Positions 46,908-63,620 of a stretch of 64,000 nt of DNA are shown piece by piece. The notes under the pieces were generated by a model. That model saw only the letters and a program-made list of their open reading frames with translations, was not told the DNA's origin and ran no database searches. The position numbers and the translations under genes were made by a program. Numbering within the stretch: the first letter of the stretch is position 1; each line of letters starts with the position of its first letter. Source of the stretch: the human T2T-CHM13v2.0 reference genome, Homo sapiens; the NCBI GenBank assembly GCA_009914755.4, contig CP086569.2, forward strand, positions 18,304,001 through 18,368,000, read 5' to 3'.

Positions 46908-48914
46908 ATAGTCTTATATTTCTTGGAGGCTTTGTTCATATCTTTTCACTCTTTTTTCTCTAATCTTGTCTTCTCACTTTATTTCATTAATTTTATCTTC
47001 AATCTCTGATATCCTTTCTTCCACTTAATTGAACTGACTATTGAAGCTTGTGCTTGCATCATGAAGTTGTCATGCCATGGTTTTTAGCTCCATCACATCA
47101 TTTAAAATTTTATCTACACTGTTTATTCTAGTTGGCCATTCATCTAACCTTTTTTCAAGGTTTTTAGCTTCCCTGTGATGAGTTAGAACATGCTCCTATA
47201 GCTTGGAGAAGTTTGTTTTACCCACCTTCTGAAGCCTACTTCTGTCAACTCATCAAACTCATTCTCCGTCTAGTTTTGTTTCCTTGCTGGTGAGGAGCTG
47301 TGATGCTTTGCAGTAGAAGAGACGCTCTATTTTTCGGGATTTTCTGCTTCTCTGCTCTGGTTTCTTCCCATCTTTGTGGTTTTATCTACCTTTGGTCTTT
47401 GATGCTGGTCACCTGCAGATGGGGTTTTTGTGTGGATGTCCTTTGTGTTGATGTTGATGTTATCCCTTTCTGTTTGTTAATTTTCCTTGTAACAGTCAGA
47501 CACCTCAGCTGCAGGTCTGTTGGTGTTTGCTAGAGGTCCATTCCAGACGTGGTTTGACTGGGTATCACCAGTGGAGTCTGCAGAACAGCAAATATTGCTG
47601 CCTGATCCTTCCCCTGGAACTTTGTCCCAGAGGTGCACCCACATGTTTGAGGTGTCTGTTGGCCCCTACTGGGAGGTGTTTCCCAGTCAGGCCACACAGG
47701 GGTCAGGTACCCATTTCAGGAGGCAGCCTGTCTGTTCTCAGAGCTCCAAAGCCATGTTGAGAGAACCACTGCTCTCTTCAGAGCTGTTAGACATGGATGT
47801 TAAAATCTACAGAAGTTGTCTGTTGCCTTTTGTTCTACTATGCCCTGTCCCCAGAGGTGGAATCTATAGAGGCAGTAGGCCTTGCTGAGCTGCAGTGGGC
47901 TCCACCTGGTCCAGGCTGCCTGGCCTCTTTGTTTACACTGTGAGCTACTCAAGCCTCAGCTGTGGTGATGCCCTCCCCCTATCAAGCTGCAGCATTGCAC
48001 GTCAATATCAGACTGCTGTGCTAGCCATGAGCAAGGCTCTATGGGTGTGGGACTCATTGAGAGAGTCATGGAAGGGTATCTCCTGGTCTGCCGGTTGCTA
48101 AGACTGTGGGAATAGCACAGTATTTGGACAGGAGTGTACCATTTCTCCAGATACAGTCTGTCACAGCTTCCCTTGGCTAGGAAAGGGAAATCCCCAACTC
48201 CTTGTTCTTCCTGGATGAAGTGATGCCCTGCCCTGCTTTGGCTCTCCCTTGGTGGGCTGTACCCACTGTCCAACAAGTCTCAACAAGATGAACCAGGTAA
48301 CTCAGTTGGAAATGCAGAAATCACCCATCTTCTGTGTCGATCTTGCTGGGAGCTGCAGAGCTGTGCCTATTCGGCAATCTTGGAAGTGACCAACTTGTGA
48401 CTTCTAATATCACTTTGTTCACTTACCTGTGGTTGTTTCAATTATTCTTCTATGGAATCTGTAATATTACAGTTTTTAATATTGATAAGGTTTTTCTGCT
48501 GGAGGCTTTTCATACAATAAATTGAGTTTTTTGTTTGTTTGTTTTTTACTTTTTTTTCCAGATTTTGTTTGTTAGTTTTGTTTTGTTTTAACACCATGAT
48601 TATCTTTCTTCTTTTTAGAGTCTTTTTGGAGTCTCAAGTTTGATAAAAAACTACCAATAATGATTTGTTAGAAACAAACTTTTGCAACTTTTCTGTGCCT
48701 CCTCAGAGTGAATGCTGTAAGACCATGTATTATATCTTCTCCAGCATATAGAAAGGAGAGCTTTGGTCAGTTCAGGGTAAAACTTAAGCAGTAATGCTAA
48801 CACATAATATGTTGTGATTTAATAAAGAGAGATAGAATAATAAATACCAGGCATGTGATTGAATGACCAAGTATCAAATATAGTATAACCTACAGCATTA
48901 TGATTTGTGTCCTA

Positions 48915-49303
48915 TTTTTTTTTTTTTTAAGTTCAGGAGTACATGTACAGGACCTGCAGGTTTGTTACAGAGGCTAAACATTTGGCATGGGTGTTTGTTG
49001 TACAGATTATTTTATCATCCAACTATTAAACTTAGTATCCATTAGTTATTTTTCCTGATCCTCTCCCCTCTCTCAACCCCCACTCTTTAATAGACCAGTG
49101 TATGTTGTTCCCTGCTAAGTGTTTATGTGTTCTCATCATTTAGCTACCATTTAAGTGAGAAAATATGGCATTTGGTTTTCTGTTCCTGCATTAGTTGGAT
49201 AAGGATAATGGCCTCCATCCCCATCCATGTCCTTTCAAAAGACAAAATCTTTTTCTTTATTAAGGCTGCTTATTATTCCATGGTGGGTATGCACCACATT
49301 TTC
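48915..49303 (-). mobile_element. Older L1 (L1PB-like) 3' end fragment in antisense; host of the next L1 insertion (continues at 53336-53385)
   Basis: ttttttttttttttaagttcaggagtacatgtacaggacctgcaggtttgttacagaggctaaacatttggcatgggtgtttgttgtacag...ttattattccatggtgggtatgcaccacattttc; the sequence resumes gcaccacattttctttatccagtccatcactgatgaacagttgggttg at 53336. Confidence 0.6.
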
Positions 49304-53364
<4,061 letters not shown>

Positions 53365-53744
53365 TGATGAACAGTTGGGTTGTGTCTTATTATAATGACT
53401 CCTCATGGTTTCCAGCATAGGTTAGATGAAGAATGAAAAATCCTACTTGGTTCAACCAGCATTTATGAAAAACTTTCAACAAGCATCAGGTGCCTACCAA
53501 GTCTAATCCATTTTTTTCCCAGAACTTGATGACGTCTGAGATATTGTCCCGATTTTATACATGTTGGACTTCCAGAATGATTATTAGCTGGGTCCTCTGT
53601 TTATCACCACACATGCTGAGGGTTGCTTGGAAGTGAGAGAGGATTTGGCCCAAATTGTGGTCTTTCTCCAAAATATTTTGTTGTTGTTTTCTAATTTTGG
53701 ATATTTGCTGCAACCACACTTTGTCATTGAAATTGCTGCAGTTT

Positions 53745-54165
53745 CTCCAGCCCAGGTGCCCATCAGTCAACAAGTAGATAAAGAAACTAGTATACACACA
53801 ATGAAACACTACTCAGTCATAAAAAGGAATTAATTAATGGCATTCACAGCAATCTGGATGGGATTGGAGACTATCAATTGTAAGTGATGTAACTCAGGAA
53901 TGGAAAACCAAACATCGTATGTTCTCACTCATAAGTGGGGGCTAAGCTATGATGACACAAAAGAATAACAAAGACTTAATGGACTCAGGGGAGAAAGGGT
54001 GGGAAGGGGGTGAGGGATAAAAGGCTACAAGTTGGGTACAGCATATACTGCTTAGGCAATGGGTGCACAAATGTCTCACAAATCACCACTAAAGAACTTA
54101 CTTATGTATACAAATACCACCTGTTCCCCAAAAACCTATGAAAATGAAAAATTAAAAGAAAAGAA
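53745..54165 (+). mobile_element. Older L1 (L1PB/PA-like) ORF2-end + 3'UTR fragment with A-rich tail
   Basis: ...cccatcagtcaacaagtagataaagaaactagtatacacacaatgaaacactactcagtcataaaaaggaat...ggaaaaccaaacatcgtatgttctcactcataagtgggggctaa...gtgcacaaatgtctcacaaatcaccactaaagaacttacttatgtatacaaataccacctgttccccaaaaacctatgaaaatgaaaaattaaaagaaaagaaaag (cf. CPSTDEWIKKMWYIYTMEYYSAIKKNEI...QKTKYHMFSLISGS*). Confidence 0.6.
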
Positions 54166-55148
54166 AAGAAAAGCTTGAGATTTCAAACTGTCACATGCTG
54201 GTCGATTTCATTCTTAACTCATTGTCCCATTTTTCTAATGCTGACTTGCTATGGATATATGTTTGTATGTTTTTAAGTATTTGTAAGTACAGAAAAATGA
54301 AAGAACAATAATGAAATCCCAGTAGCCACCATCTAGAATTAAAAAATGCAAATATTACCTTTCCATTTAGATATTTATATTTAAAAAATGATTACAGGAT
54401 TATCCCTTTAGACTTATGCTAAATCTGTCTCCCTCCTTCACCAGAAAATCATTTTCATGAATCAGCCTTGTAACATTCCAGTGCAAATGAGAACACTTTC
54501 AAAATACTAATACATGGAACCATCAATCATAGGATTTCTCTTTGTTTTTTACATTCAAATGAATCATTATTCTGCTTACAAACATTTTCACACAACATTA
54601 AATCATATACAATAGCTCTTGTTCATTCACTTCAACTGCTGAGAAAATTTTTATCCATTCTTTGTTACATGTATAACTATAAATTTGTCCATTTCTTTTT
54701 TTATATATAACATGTTGCTTTTTTTCTGTTTTCTCTTCCTCCTATTTTGTTTTTTTATTGGTGCCATCTCTTAGATTGATAATGTTCATCAGCCTTTTTT
54801 TCCCTTATATTGGTCTGGAATTTCACTTTCATTTTTAAACACTCCATCTTTAATAATGGTTAATTCTAAAATGTTAACATATTTGTATATGTATATGATT
54901 AACCAGTATCTCTAATTTTCTTCTAGATAACAAGTCATAAAACACTATAAACATCACCTTCATCTTCTTTCATGCAGTATTTTTCAATATATTAAATCTG
55001 CCTTTTTACATACTCCACAAAATTAAACATTTTATTTACTAGTATGGCTACAAAAAGAAAGAAAGAAAGAAAGACCTAGTATTTGATACCATAACAGGGG
55101 GACTGCAGTCAATAATAATTAATTGTACATTTTAAAATAACTAAAACA

Positions 55149-55460
55149 GGCCAGGCATTGCAGGCATTGTGGTTCATGCTTGTAACCCTGCTATTTTGGG
55201 AGGCTGAGGTTGGCAGATCAGCAGAGGTCAAGAGTTCAAGACTAGCCTGGCCAACACAGAGAAAACCCATCTCTACTAAAAATACACAAATTAGCCTGGC
55301 ATGGTGGCAGGTACCTATAATCCCACTTACTTTGGAGGCTGAGGCAGAAGAAATGCTTGAACCAGGGAGACAGAAGTTGCAGTGAGCCAAGATTGCACCA
55401 CTGTACTCCAGCTTGGGTGACAGAGCGAGACTCCATCTCCAAATAAAATAAATAAATGAA
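55149..55460 (+). mobile_element. Alu with AAATAAA-type degenerate tail
   Basis: ggccaggcattgcaggcattgtggttcatgcttgtaaccctgctattttgggaggctgaggttggcagatcagcagaggtcaagagttcaagactagcctggccaacacagagaaaacccatctctactaaaaatacacaaattagcctggcatggtggcaggtacc...gcagtgagccaagattgcaccactgtactccagcttgggtgacagagcgagactccatctccaaataaaataaataaa. Confidence 0.9.
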
Positions 55461-55464
55461 CAAA

Positions 55465-55630
55465 TAATTGAATTGATTGGCACACAAAAGATAAATATCC
55501 AAGGATTGGATAGACAATTTTGCATGCTGTGACTATTACACATTGCGTGCCTGTACCAAAATATCTCTTGTAACACCATAAAATATATGTCCCTACTATG
55601 TACCTACAAAAATTAAAAAATAAATTTTTT
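55465..55630 (+). mobile_element. Old L1 3'UTR terminal fragment (sense)
   Basis: ttgcatgctgtgactattacacattgcgtgcctgtaccaaaatatctcttgtaacaccataaaatatatgtccctactatgtacctacaaaaattaaaaaataaa resembles ...cattgtatgcatgtatcaaaatatcacatgtaccccataaatatgtacaattattatgtatcaataaaaa. Confidence 0.45.
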
Positions 55631-57611
55631 AAAGTACATTTACTACCATAGTTACTAGTTTCTGGCTTAGTATTGCTTCTTACATCACAACTTACTTTAT
55701 TTATGCATCCAATTGTCATGATTTTGAAGCATATTTTCTGGAAATTGTTTTTATTAGGGTCATATTGGCAGCACATGATCTGTATGCCTGGGTGTCTAAA
55801 AATATTTTCTTGGGTCCTGAATCTTGAATGATATTTAAATGTTTAGATATTTAAAGGTTTAGAATTCTTTGTTAATATTTATTTCTATGCAACTTTTTAA
55901 AGATACCTATATATTCTGTAGTCTTGCATTTACTGGAGTTGTGTATATTTTTATTTCTTTATATATAATTTGCCTTTCTACATCAAAGCTTTAGCTCCCT
56001 GTTACAATTTAGAGTGTTATTTTATCTTCTAAGCTGACCCTTGGAATTACTCTTCCTTGCTTTTGAGGTCAGTGATGGCTTTAACGTTCCCTGCCCCCCC
56101 TCAGTATTCCGTAGTTTTTGCAGTTGCACAGGGATTCCTGCATCAGACAGGATGTGATACAACACTAGCTTAATTGAGGCCCTGATTTGTGTTTTCTTTT
56201 TGTTTAGACTTCATGAACCTTAATTTGTACCTACCTATGCTGTCTGGCTTTTCTTTAGCAGCGACTGTGTTTAAAAAAAAAAAAAAGAAAAGAAAGAAGA
56301 TTTATAAAGCCAAGGCAATCTAGGTCACTGCTCTCCAGGAATGCTCTTGAGGAATGTTTAGTATACTCAGATACACTAATAATTACATATGTGTTTTTGA
56401 CACAGTGCAATCATTTCTACCGCAGTGCATAGACAGTGCATTAAGACAGAGAAACATCTGCCTACCAAATACCTGGGGAAGAAAATATGTTTACTTTTGA
56501 AAGACAGTTGAACTCAGTTACTCAGGGTGTTGTTACTGGAGGAAGTGAGGCCAGTTCGACCTCTGGACAGGTTACTTTTTTGCAAAAGTTCCTTTGGCTT
56601 TCTGAGTCTCAGTTTTCTTGCATTGTTACACAGATGGCAACTGTGTGCCCCAAGTGAGCTCCTCCCCATGTTAAAGTAGATAATGCCCTGGAGACATTAC
56701 CTAACACATAGGAAGGGCTTGCTACAACTTAGCAATTGTGATGTTTCAAGGGAGTGATATTTGGGCTCAGTGGTGCAATATGGACAGCAGTGAGCAAGTG
56801 GAGGAAATGGGAACATGTTGATCCATGGAGATGGACAAGCAGATAGAAATGCACAACAATGTTGGGCATGGTAGGCAGAGATGTGATATCTATATCTTCT
56901 ATTTGCTTCAGCAATATTTGCTATATTTGCACATTCACATCTTATTTCCTAAAGCCCAGGGCAGTCAAGGCTGTGAACTGCAAATAATAGCATTATTCTA
57001 CTGCAAATAATAGCATTATAATATTAATGTTAATATGCATGTTCAGATTTATTTGCAATTGGCATGGCAATTGTTACATGTCCTGAAAAATAATAAGGGA
57101 GTGACATTTGTATTGGAGAGGTTAGATTATATTCAAGGGAAAAAACTTAAGACAAAACAATTCAAATGTTCACTCTTGTGTGTACACACACATACACACA
57201 CACACCCCTTTACAGAGATGGTCCAAGGTAAGGAGCATAGTTTCTCATAGAAGGGAAATAAAAATACACTCTTATATCTTCATGATAGTTATTTTTCCAG
57301 ATGTGTCCTGGCTGGAACCAATCTCTGTAGGATTAATAGTTTCCTTGAGCACAATAAAAATTGTAATTTCTTAAAACTTTCCTCATATTATTTATTTTTT
57401 AATGTGACAAATAAAAATTATATAACTATTTAGGGTGTGCTATGTGATCTAAAGAATTTTAAAGGATCTAGCTGGTGCTTTAATTCTTTAAGAAACTGAA
57501 AATCATGTACATCTCAAAATATGATTTTTATACTAAGGGATGAAGAGGAGTTGGCATATGAAATGTGCGTTTAGGGATTCTTCCATAATGTTGTGTTTTA
57601 AAGGTGGTACT

Positions 57612-57960
<349 letters not shown>

Positions 57961-58324
57961 GTAAAATAAAATAAAGGTGGTGCTGTTTGCTGGGGCACTT
58001 CAAACCGAGGCTTATTCTTATAATTAAATGTCTAGGATGGTGCTTTTTAAGACCTCTTTGAAATATGTATTCATTTCAAGCTAATTAACATGCACTACAT
58101 TATATACTTTTCATTTATTTAATGTTAGAACACTTAAATCTATTATTGTAGCCATTTTCAAGAGTACAATACGTTGTTATTAGATATAACATTGTATCAG
58201 GTAGTGTTAGACCCTTAACATAGTGTGATGCCACTATGTTGTACAATAGATTTCTTTGAGTTATTCTTCCTGTTTAACTAAAAGTTTGTATTTTTGACCA
58301 ATGTCTCTCCAGGCCACCAACCAC

Positions 58325-61300
58325 AATGTGCCACAAACTCTGAGACACATTTAAAGTGGTGTTTAGAGAAAAACTGATAGCACTAAATGCCCAAAAGAGA
58401 AAGCAGGAAAGATCTAAAATTGACACCCTAACATCAAAATTAAAAGAACTAGTTTAGTGAGAGCAAACGAATACAAAACCTAGCAGAAGACATAAAATAA
58501 CTATGATCAGAGCAGAACTGAAGAAGACAGAGACACAAAAACCTTTCAAAAATCAATAAATCCGTAAGCTGGTTTTTTGAAAAGATCAACAATATAGATA
58601 GACCACTAGCCAGACTAACAAAGAAGAAAAGAGAGAAAAATCACATAGATGCAATAAAAAATGACATAGGGAATATCATTGCTGATCATCAGATAATACT
58701 CTGAACACCTCTATGCAAATACACTAGAAAATCTAAAAGAAATGGATAAATTCCTGGACACATACACCCTCCCAAGTTTAAGCCAGGAAGAAGTTAAATC
58801 CATGAATAGTCTATTAACAATTCTGAAATTGAGGCAGTAACTGATAGCCTACCAAGAAAGAAAATTCAGGACCAGACAGATTCATAGCCAAATTTTATCA
58901 GACATAACAAGAGGCACTCATACCCTTCCTTCTGATATTATTACAAAAAATGCAAAAGGAGGAAATCCTTCATAAATCATGTTATGAGGCCAGCATCATC
59001 CTGATAATAAAACCTGGCAGAGACACACCAAAAAAAGAAAATTTCAGGCCAGTATCCCTGATGAACATTGATGTGAAAATCCTCAATAAAATACTGGCAA
59101 ACTCAATCCAGCAGCACATCATAAAGCTTATCCACCACGATCATGTCAGCTTTATCCCTGAAATGCAAAGATGGTTCAACATATGCAAATCAATAAACCT
59201 AATGCACCAAATAAACAGAACCAGTGACAAAAACCACATGATTATGTCAATAGATGCAGAAAAGGCATTCATCAAAATTCAACACCGCTTTATGATAAAA
59301 ACTCTCAATAAAGTAGAAATGTACAGAATATATCTCAAAACAATAAGAGCTACTTATGCCAAACCCACTGCCAATATACTGATGGGCAAAAACTGGAAGA
59401 ATTCCCTTTGAAAACTGGTACAAGACAAGGATGCACTCTCTCTCCACTCTTATTCAACCTAGTATTTGAAGCTTCTGGCCAGGGTAATCAGGGAAGAAAA
59501 AGAAATAAGGGACATTCAAATCACAAGCGAGGAAGTCAAATTGTCTCTGTTTGCAGATGACATGATTGTACACTTAGAAAACCCATCATCTCAGCATAAA
59601 ATCTCCTTAAGCTGGTAAGCAACTTCAGCTAAGCCTCAGGATTCAAAATCAATGTGCAAAAATCACAAGCTTTCCTACACACAATAAGAGAGAACAGAAA
59701 GACAAATCATGAGTAAACTCCCATTCACAATTGCTACTAAGAGAATAAAATACCTCGGAATACAACTAACAAGGGATGTGAAGAACCTATTCAAGGAGAA
59801 CTTCAAACCACAGCTGAAGGAAATAAGAGAGATAAAAAGAGATGAAAAATAAAAAGCTTCCATGCTCATGGATAGAAGAATCAATATTGGAAAAATGGCC
59901 ATACTGCCCAAAGTAATTTATAGATTCAATGCTATCATCATCAAGCTATCATTAATTTTCTTCACATAATTGGAAAAAGAAAGCTACTTTGAAGTTCAAA
60001 TGAAACCAAAAAAGAGCCTGCATAGACAAGACAATCTTAAGCAAAAAGAATGAATCTGGAGGCATCACGCTACCTGACTTCAAACTACATTACAAGGCCA
60101 CAGTAAGCAAAACAGCATGGTACTTGTACCGAAACAGATATATAGACCAATAGAACAGAACAGTGGCCTCAGAAATAATACCACACATCTACTACCATGT
60201 GACATCTACTACCATGTGATATTTGACAATCTTGAAACAAGCAGGCAATGGGGAAAAGATTTTCCCTTTAATAAATGGTATTGGGAAAACTGGCTAGCCA
60301 TATGCAGATAACAGAAACTGGACCCCATCCTTTCACCTTATGCAAAAGTCAACTGAAGGCGGATTAACGACTTACACGTAAGAATTAAAACCATAAAATT
60401 CCTAGAAGCAAACGCAGGCAATACCATTCAGGACATAAGCATGTGCAAAACCAAAACACCAAAAGCAATGGTATAAAAGCCAAAATTGACAAATGGGATC
60501 TAATTAAACTAAAGAGCTTCAGCACAGCAAAATAAATTATCCTCAGTGTGAACAGACAACCTACAGAATGGGTGAAAAATCTTGCAATCTATCTATCTGA
60601 AACAAGACTAACATCCTGAATCTACAGGGAACTTAAACAAGTTTACAAGAAGAAACCAAACAACCTCATCAAACAGTGGGCAAAGGATATGAACAGACAC
60701 TTCTCAAAAGAAGACTTTGATGCAGCCAACAAACATATGAAAAAATGCTTATCATCACTCATTATTTGAGAAATACAAATCAAAACCACAGTGAGATACC
60801 ATCTCACTCCAGTTAGAATGGCGATCATTAAAAAGTCAGAAAACAGCAGATGCTGGAGAGGATGTGGAGAAATACGAAGGCTTTTACAGTGTTGGTGGGC
60901 GTGTTAATTATTTAACCCTTGTGGAAGACAGTGTGGTGATTCTTCAAGGATCTAGAACTAGAATTACCATTTGACCCAGCAATCTGATTACTGGGCATAT
61001 AACCGAAGGACTATAAATCATTCTACTATAAAGACACATGCATATGTATGTTTATCACAGCACTATTCACAGTAGTGAAGACTTAGAACCAACCCAAATG
61101 TGCATCAATGATAGACTGGATAAAGAAAAGCTGGCACATATACACCATGGAACAGTATGCAGCCACAAAAATGGATGAGTTCATGTCTTTTGCAGCGACA
61201 TGAATGAAGCTGGAAACCATCATTCTCAGCAAACTATCAGAAAAACAGAAAACCAAACACCACAGGTTCTCATTTTTACATGAGAGTTGAACAATGGGAA

Positions 61301-61403
61301 CCCATGGACACAGAGAGGAAAACATAACATGGTGGTGGGTGGTGGGATAGTGTAGAGATAACATTAGGAAAAATATCTAATGTAGATGATGGGTTGATGG
61401 GCG
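58325..61403 (+). mobile_element. L1 (older L1PA/L1PB-like), 5'-truncated in ORF2, sense; ends within its 3'UTR at the junction with the next L1
   Basis: Starts ...tctgagacacatttaaagtggtgtttagagaaaaactgatagcactaaatgcccaaaagagaaagcaggaaagatctaaaattgacaccctaacatcaaaattaaaagaactag (ORF2 [33 protein letters not shown]). RT ORF 58950-59411 ...[99 protein letters not shown].... 3'UTR ...ggtgggatagtgtagagataacattaggaaaaatatctaatgtagatgatgggttgatgggcgc. Confidence 0.85.
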
Positions 61404-61480
61404 CTTTTCTCTAATGACCAGTGATGATGAGCATTTTTTCATATGTCTGTTGGCTGCATAAATGTCTTCTTTTGAGAAGT
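61404..61480 (-). mobile_element. 77-bp antisense L1 ORF2 piece forming a near-palindromic junction with the following sense L1
   Basis: ttttctctaatgaccagtgatgatgagcattttttcatatgtctgttggctgcataaatgtcttcttttgagaagtgt is the reverse complement of ...[24 protein letters not shown]... and meets gaacagacgcttttcaaaagacatacagg (sense, [13 protein letters not shown]) at 61480/61481, i.e. the same L1 coordinate in opposite orientations. Confidence 0.6.
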
Positions 61481-62295
61481 GTGAACAGACGCTTTTCAAA
61501 AGACATACAGGCAGCCAAAAAACTTATTTTAAAAAGCTCAATATTATTGATTATTAAAGAAACACGAATCAAAAGAGCAATGAGATATCATCTCCTATCT
61601 GTCAGAATGGTTATTATCATAAAGTAAAATAATAATATATGCAGGTGAGGTTATAGAGACCAAGGAATAATTATGCACTGTTGGTAGGAATGTAAATTAG
61701 TTCAACTGTTGTGCAAAGCAGTAGGGCAATTCCTCAAAGACTGGAAAGCAGAACTACTGTTCAACCCAGCCATCCCATTACTGGATACATACCCAGAGGA
61801 ATATAAATCACTCTACCACACAGACACACGAATGCAAATGTTCACTGCGGACTATTCACAACAGAAGACATGGAATTAACCTAACTACCCATTAATGACA
61901 GATTGAATTAAAGAAAATGTGGTACATGCCCACAGGGAATACTATGCAGAGATTAAAAAAAATACAATTATGCCTTTTGAGGGAACATGGATGGAGCTGG
62001 AGGATATTATCTTTAGCAAACTAATGTAGGAAAAGTAAACCAAATACCACATGTTTTCACTAGAAGTGGGAGCTAACTGATGACAACTCATGAACACAAA
62101 GAAGGGAACCATAGACATGAGACCTACTTGAGGGTGGAAGGTGGGAAAAGAGAGAGCAGCAGGAAAAATAGCTATTAATTACTAGACTTAATACCTGGGT
62201 GATGAAATAATCTGTACAACAATGCCCCATGACACGAGTTTACCTACATAACAAAGTTTCACATGTACCCCTGAACCTAAAATAAATAATAATTT
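61481..62295 (+). mobile_element. Older L1 (L1PB/L1MA-like) ORF2 C-terminus + 3'UTR, sense
   Basis: ...aagagcaatgagatatcatctcctatctgtcagaatggttattatcataaag... ([13 protein letters not shown])...cactgttggtaggaatgtaaattagttcaactgttgtgcaaagcagtagggcaattcctc...gaacatggatggagctggaggatattatctttagcaaactaatgtaggaaaagtaaaccaaataccacatgttttcactagaagtgggagctaa...acatgtacccctgaacctaaaataaataataatttac. Confidence 0.7.
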
Positions 62296-62339
62296 ACGAA
62301 ACAGGATAATAGGCAACATTTCCGTTTGAATTTCCAAAA

Positions 62340-62640
62340 TGATGGCACTGAACAATCTGAACTCTGCTTTTATTTGGTGCCGCAGTTCAGCCAGAAGGGG
62401 GCGCACGGCTGCCTCACCTTGACCATGGGGGTCTTGCAGTTCTTCTGGCTGCCAGCAGGGGGAGCATGAGTCCGCCTTTTCTGACCCTGGGAGCACCATC
62501 GGGTTCAGCTCGTGTTGCCCGAGGGCTACAGCTGCCTTCTCCTCAGTACAGACCAGAGCAACACCGCCTTGCTGAGGGACAGCTGGAGGCTGACTGCTGA
62601 AATCAGGGACCAGTGGAAGGGCTTCGTGTGGAAAATTAAA
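62340..62640 (-). other. Isolated GC-rich (about 60% GC) non-repeat island with minus-strand ORF (about 90 aa of the 151-aa ORF 62188-62643) and minus-strand AATAAA at 62368-62375; candidate terminal exon / transcribed fragment, unassigned
   Basis: ccgcagttcagccagaagggggcgcacggctgcctcaccttgaccatgggggtcttgcagttcttctggctgccagcagggggagcatgagtccgcc...cgggttcagctcgtgttgcccgagggctacagctgcc...; about 9 CpGs in 300 bp amid 35% GC repeats. ORF ...EALPLVPDFSSQPPAVPQQGGVALVCTEEKAAVALGQHELNPMVLPGSEKADSCSPCWQPEELQDPHGQGEAAVRPLLAELRHQ; no homolog recognised. Confidence 0.2.
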
Positions 62641-62699
62641 CAATAAAAATCAAATGGCTTTAATGCAACCCAACGTCCTTCCCCACACCCAAGGTGTGG

Positions 62700-63620
62700 C
62701 CACAATGCCAGGTCCATACAGTGGCCTCCTGACACAAATGTATCATCTGTCATATAACATCTGTAATAGAAATATAACATCTGTAAATAATTATATCACC
62801 CATAATACAGATGTGACATTTGTAATACTAATGTAACACCTGAAATACTGATCTAACACCCGTGATAACACTGTAACATTCATAACAGCAATAAAACACT
62901 CATAATACCAGTATAGCATCCGAAATACAAATATGACATCCCTAATACTGATCTAAGAGCCATAATACAATTGTAACTCTCATAACACCAATATGCAATC
63001 CACAATACAAATGAAACATCCATAACACTTATATAACCCTTGTAATGCTTTCCTGACACCTGTAATACAACTGTAACACTAATAATACCAATACACCATT
63101 CAGAATTCCAATATATCATCCTGCGGTACAAATATAACAACTGAAATACTGAAGTGACACCTATAATATTAACAACACCCATAATGACACTGTGACATTC
63201 ATAACAGCAATAAAACACTCATAATACCAGTATAGCATCCGAAATACAAATATAACATCTGTAATACTGATCTAAGACCCATAATACAATTGTAACTCTC
63301 ATAACACCAATATGCAATCCACAGTACAAATGAAACATCCATAATGCTTATATAACGCTTGTAATGCTGTCCTGACACCTGTAATACAACTGTAACACTA
63401 ATAATACCAATACACCATTCAGAATTCCAATATATCATACTGAGGTACAAATATACCTGAAACACTGAAGTGACACCTGTAATATTAACACCCATAATAA
63501 TAATACAACATTTGTAATACAAATAGAACAACCAGAATACTGATGTAACACCCACAGTTACTGATATAACACTCATCATAAAGATGTAACACCAGTAATA
63601 CTGACATAACATTCCTACTC
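62700..63620. repeat. Satellite-like tandem array: 20-bp monomer (approx. CATAATAC(A/C)NNTNTAACANC) organised in a 318-bp, 16-monomer higher-order repeat present 2 times (62871-63188, 63189-63506; about 93% identical) flanked by diverged monomers
   Basis: ctgtaacattcataacagcaataaaacactcataataccagtatagcatccgaaatacaaatatgacatccctaatactgatctaagagccataatacaattgtaactctcataacaccaatatgcaatccacaatacaaatgaaacatccataacacttatataaccc... recurs as ctgtgacattcataacagcaataaaacactcataataccagtatagcatccgaaatacaaatataacatctgtaatactgatctaagacccataatacaattgtaactctcataacaccaatatgcaatccacagtacaaatgaaacatccataatgcttatataacgc... 318 bp later. Confidence 0.85.

Noticed and set aside
55109-55776. Minus-strand ORFs of 156, 149 and 91 aa
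   Set aside because: They run antisense through an Alu (55149-55460; typical [19 protein letters not shown]... Alu-antisense translation) and an L1 tail fragment; they are not genes.
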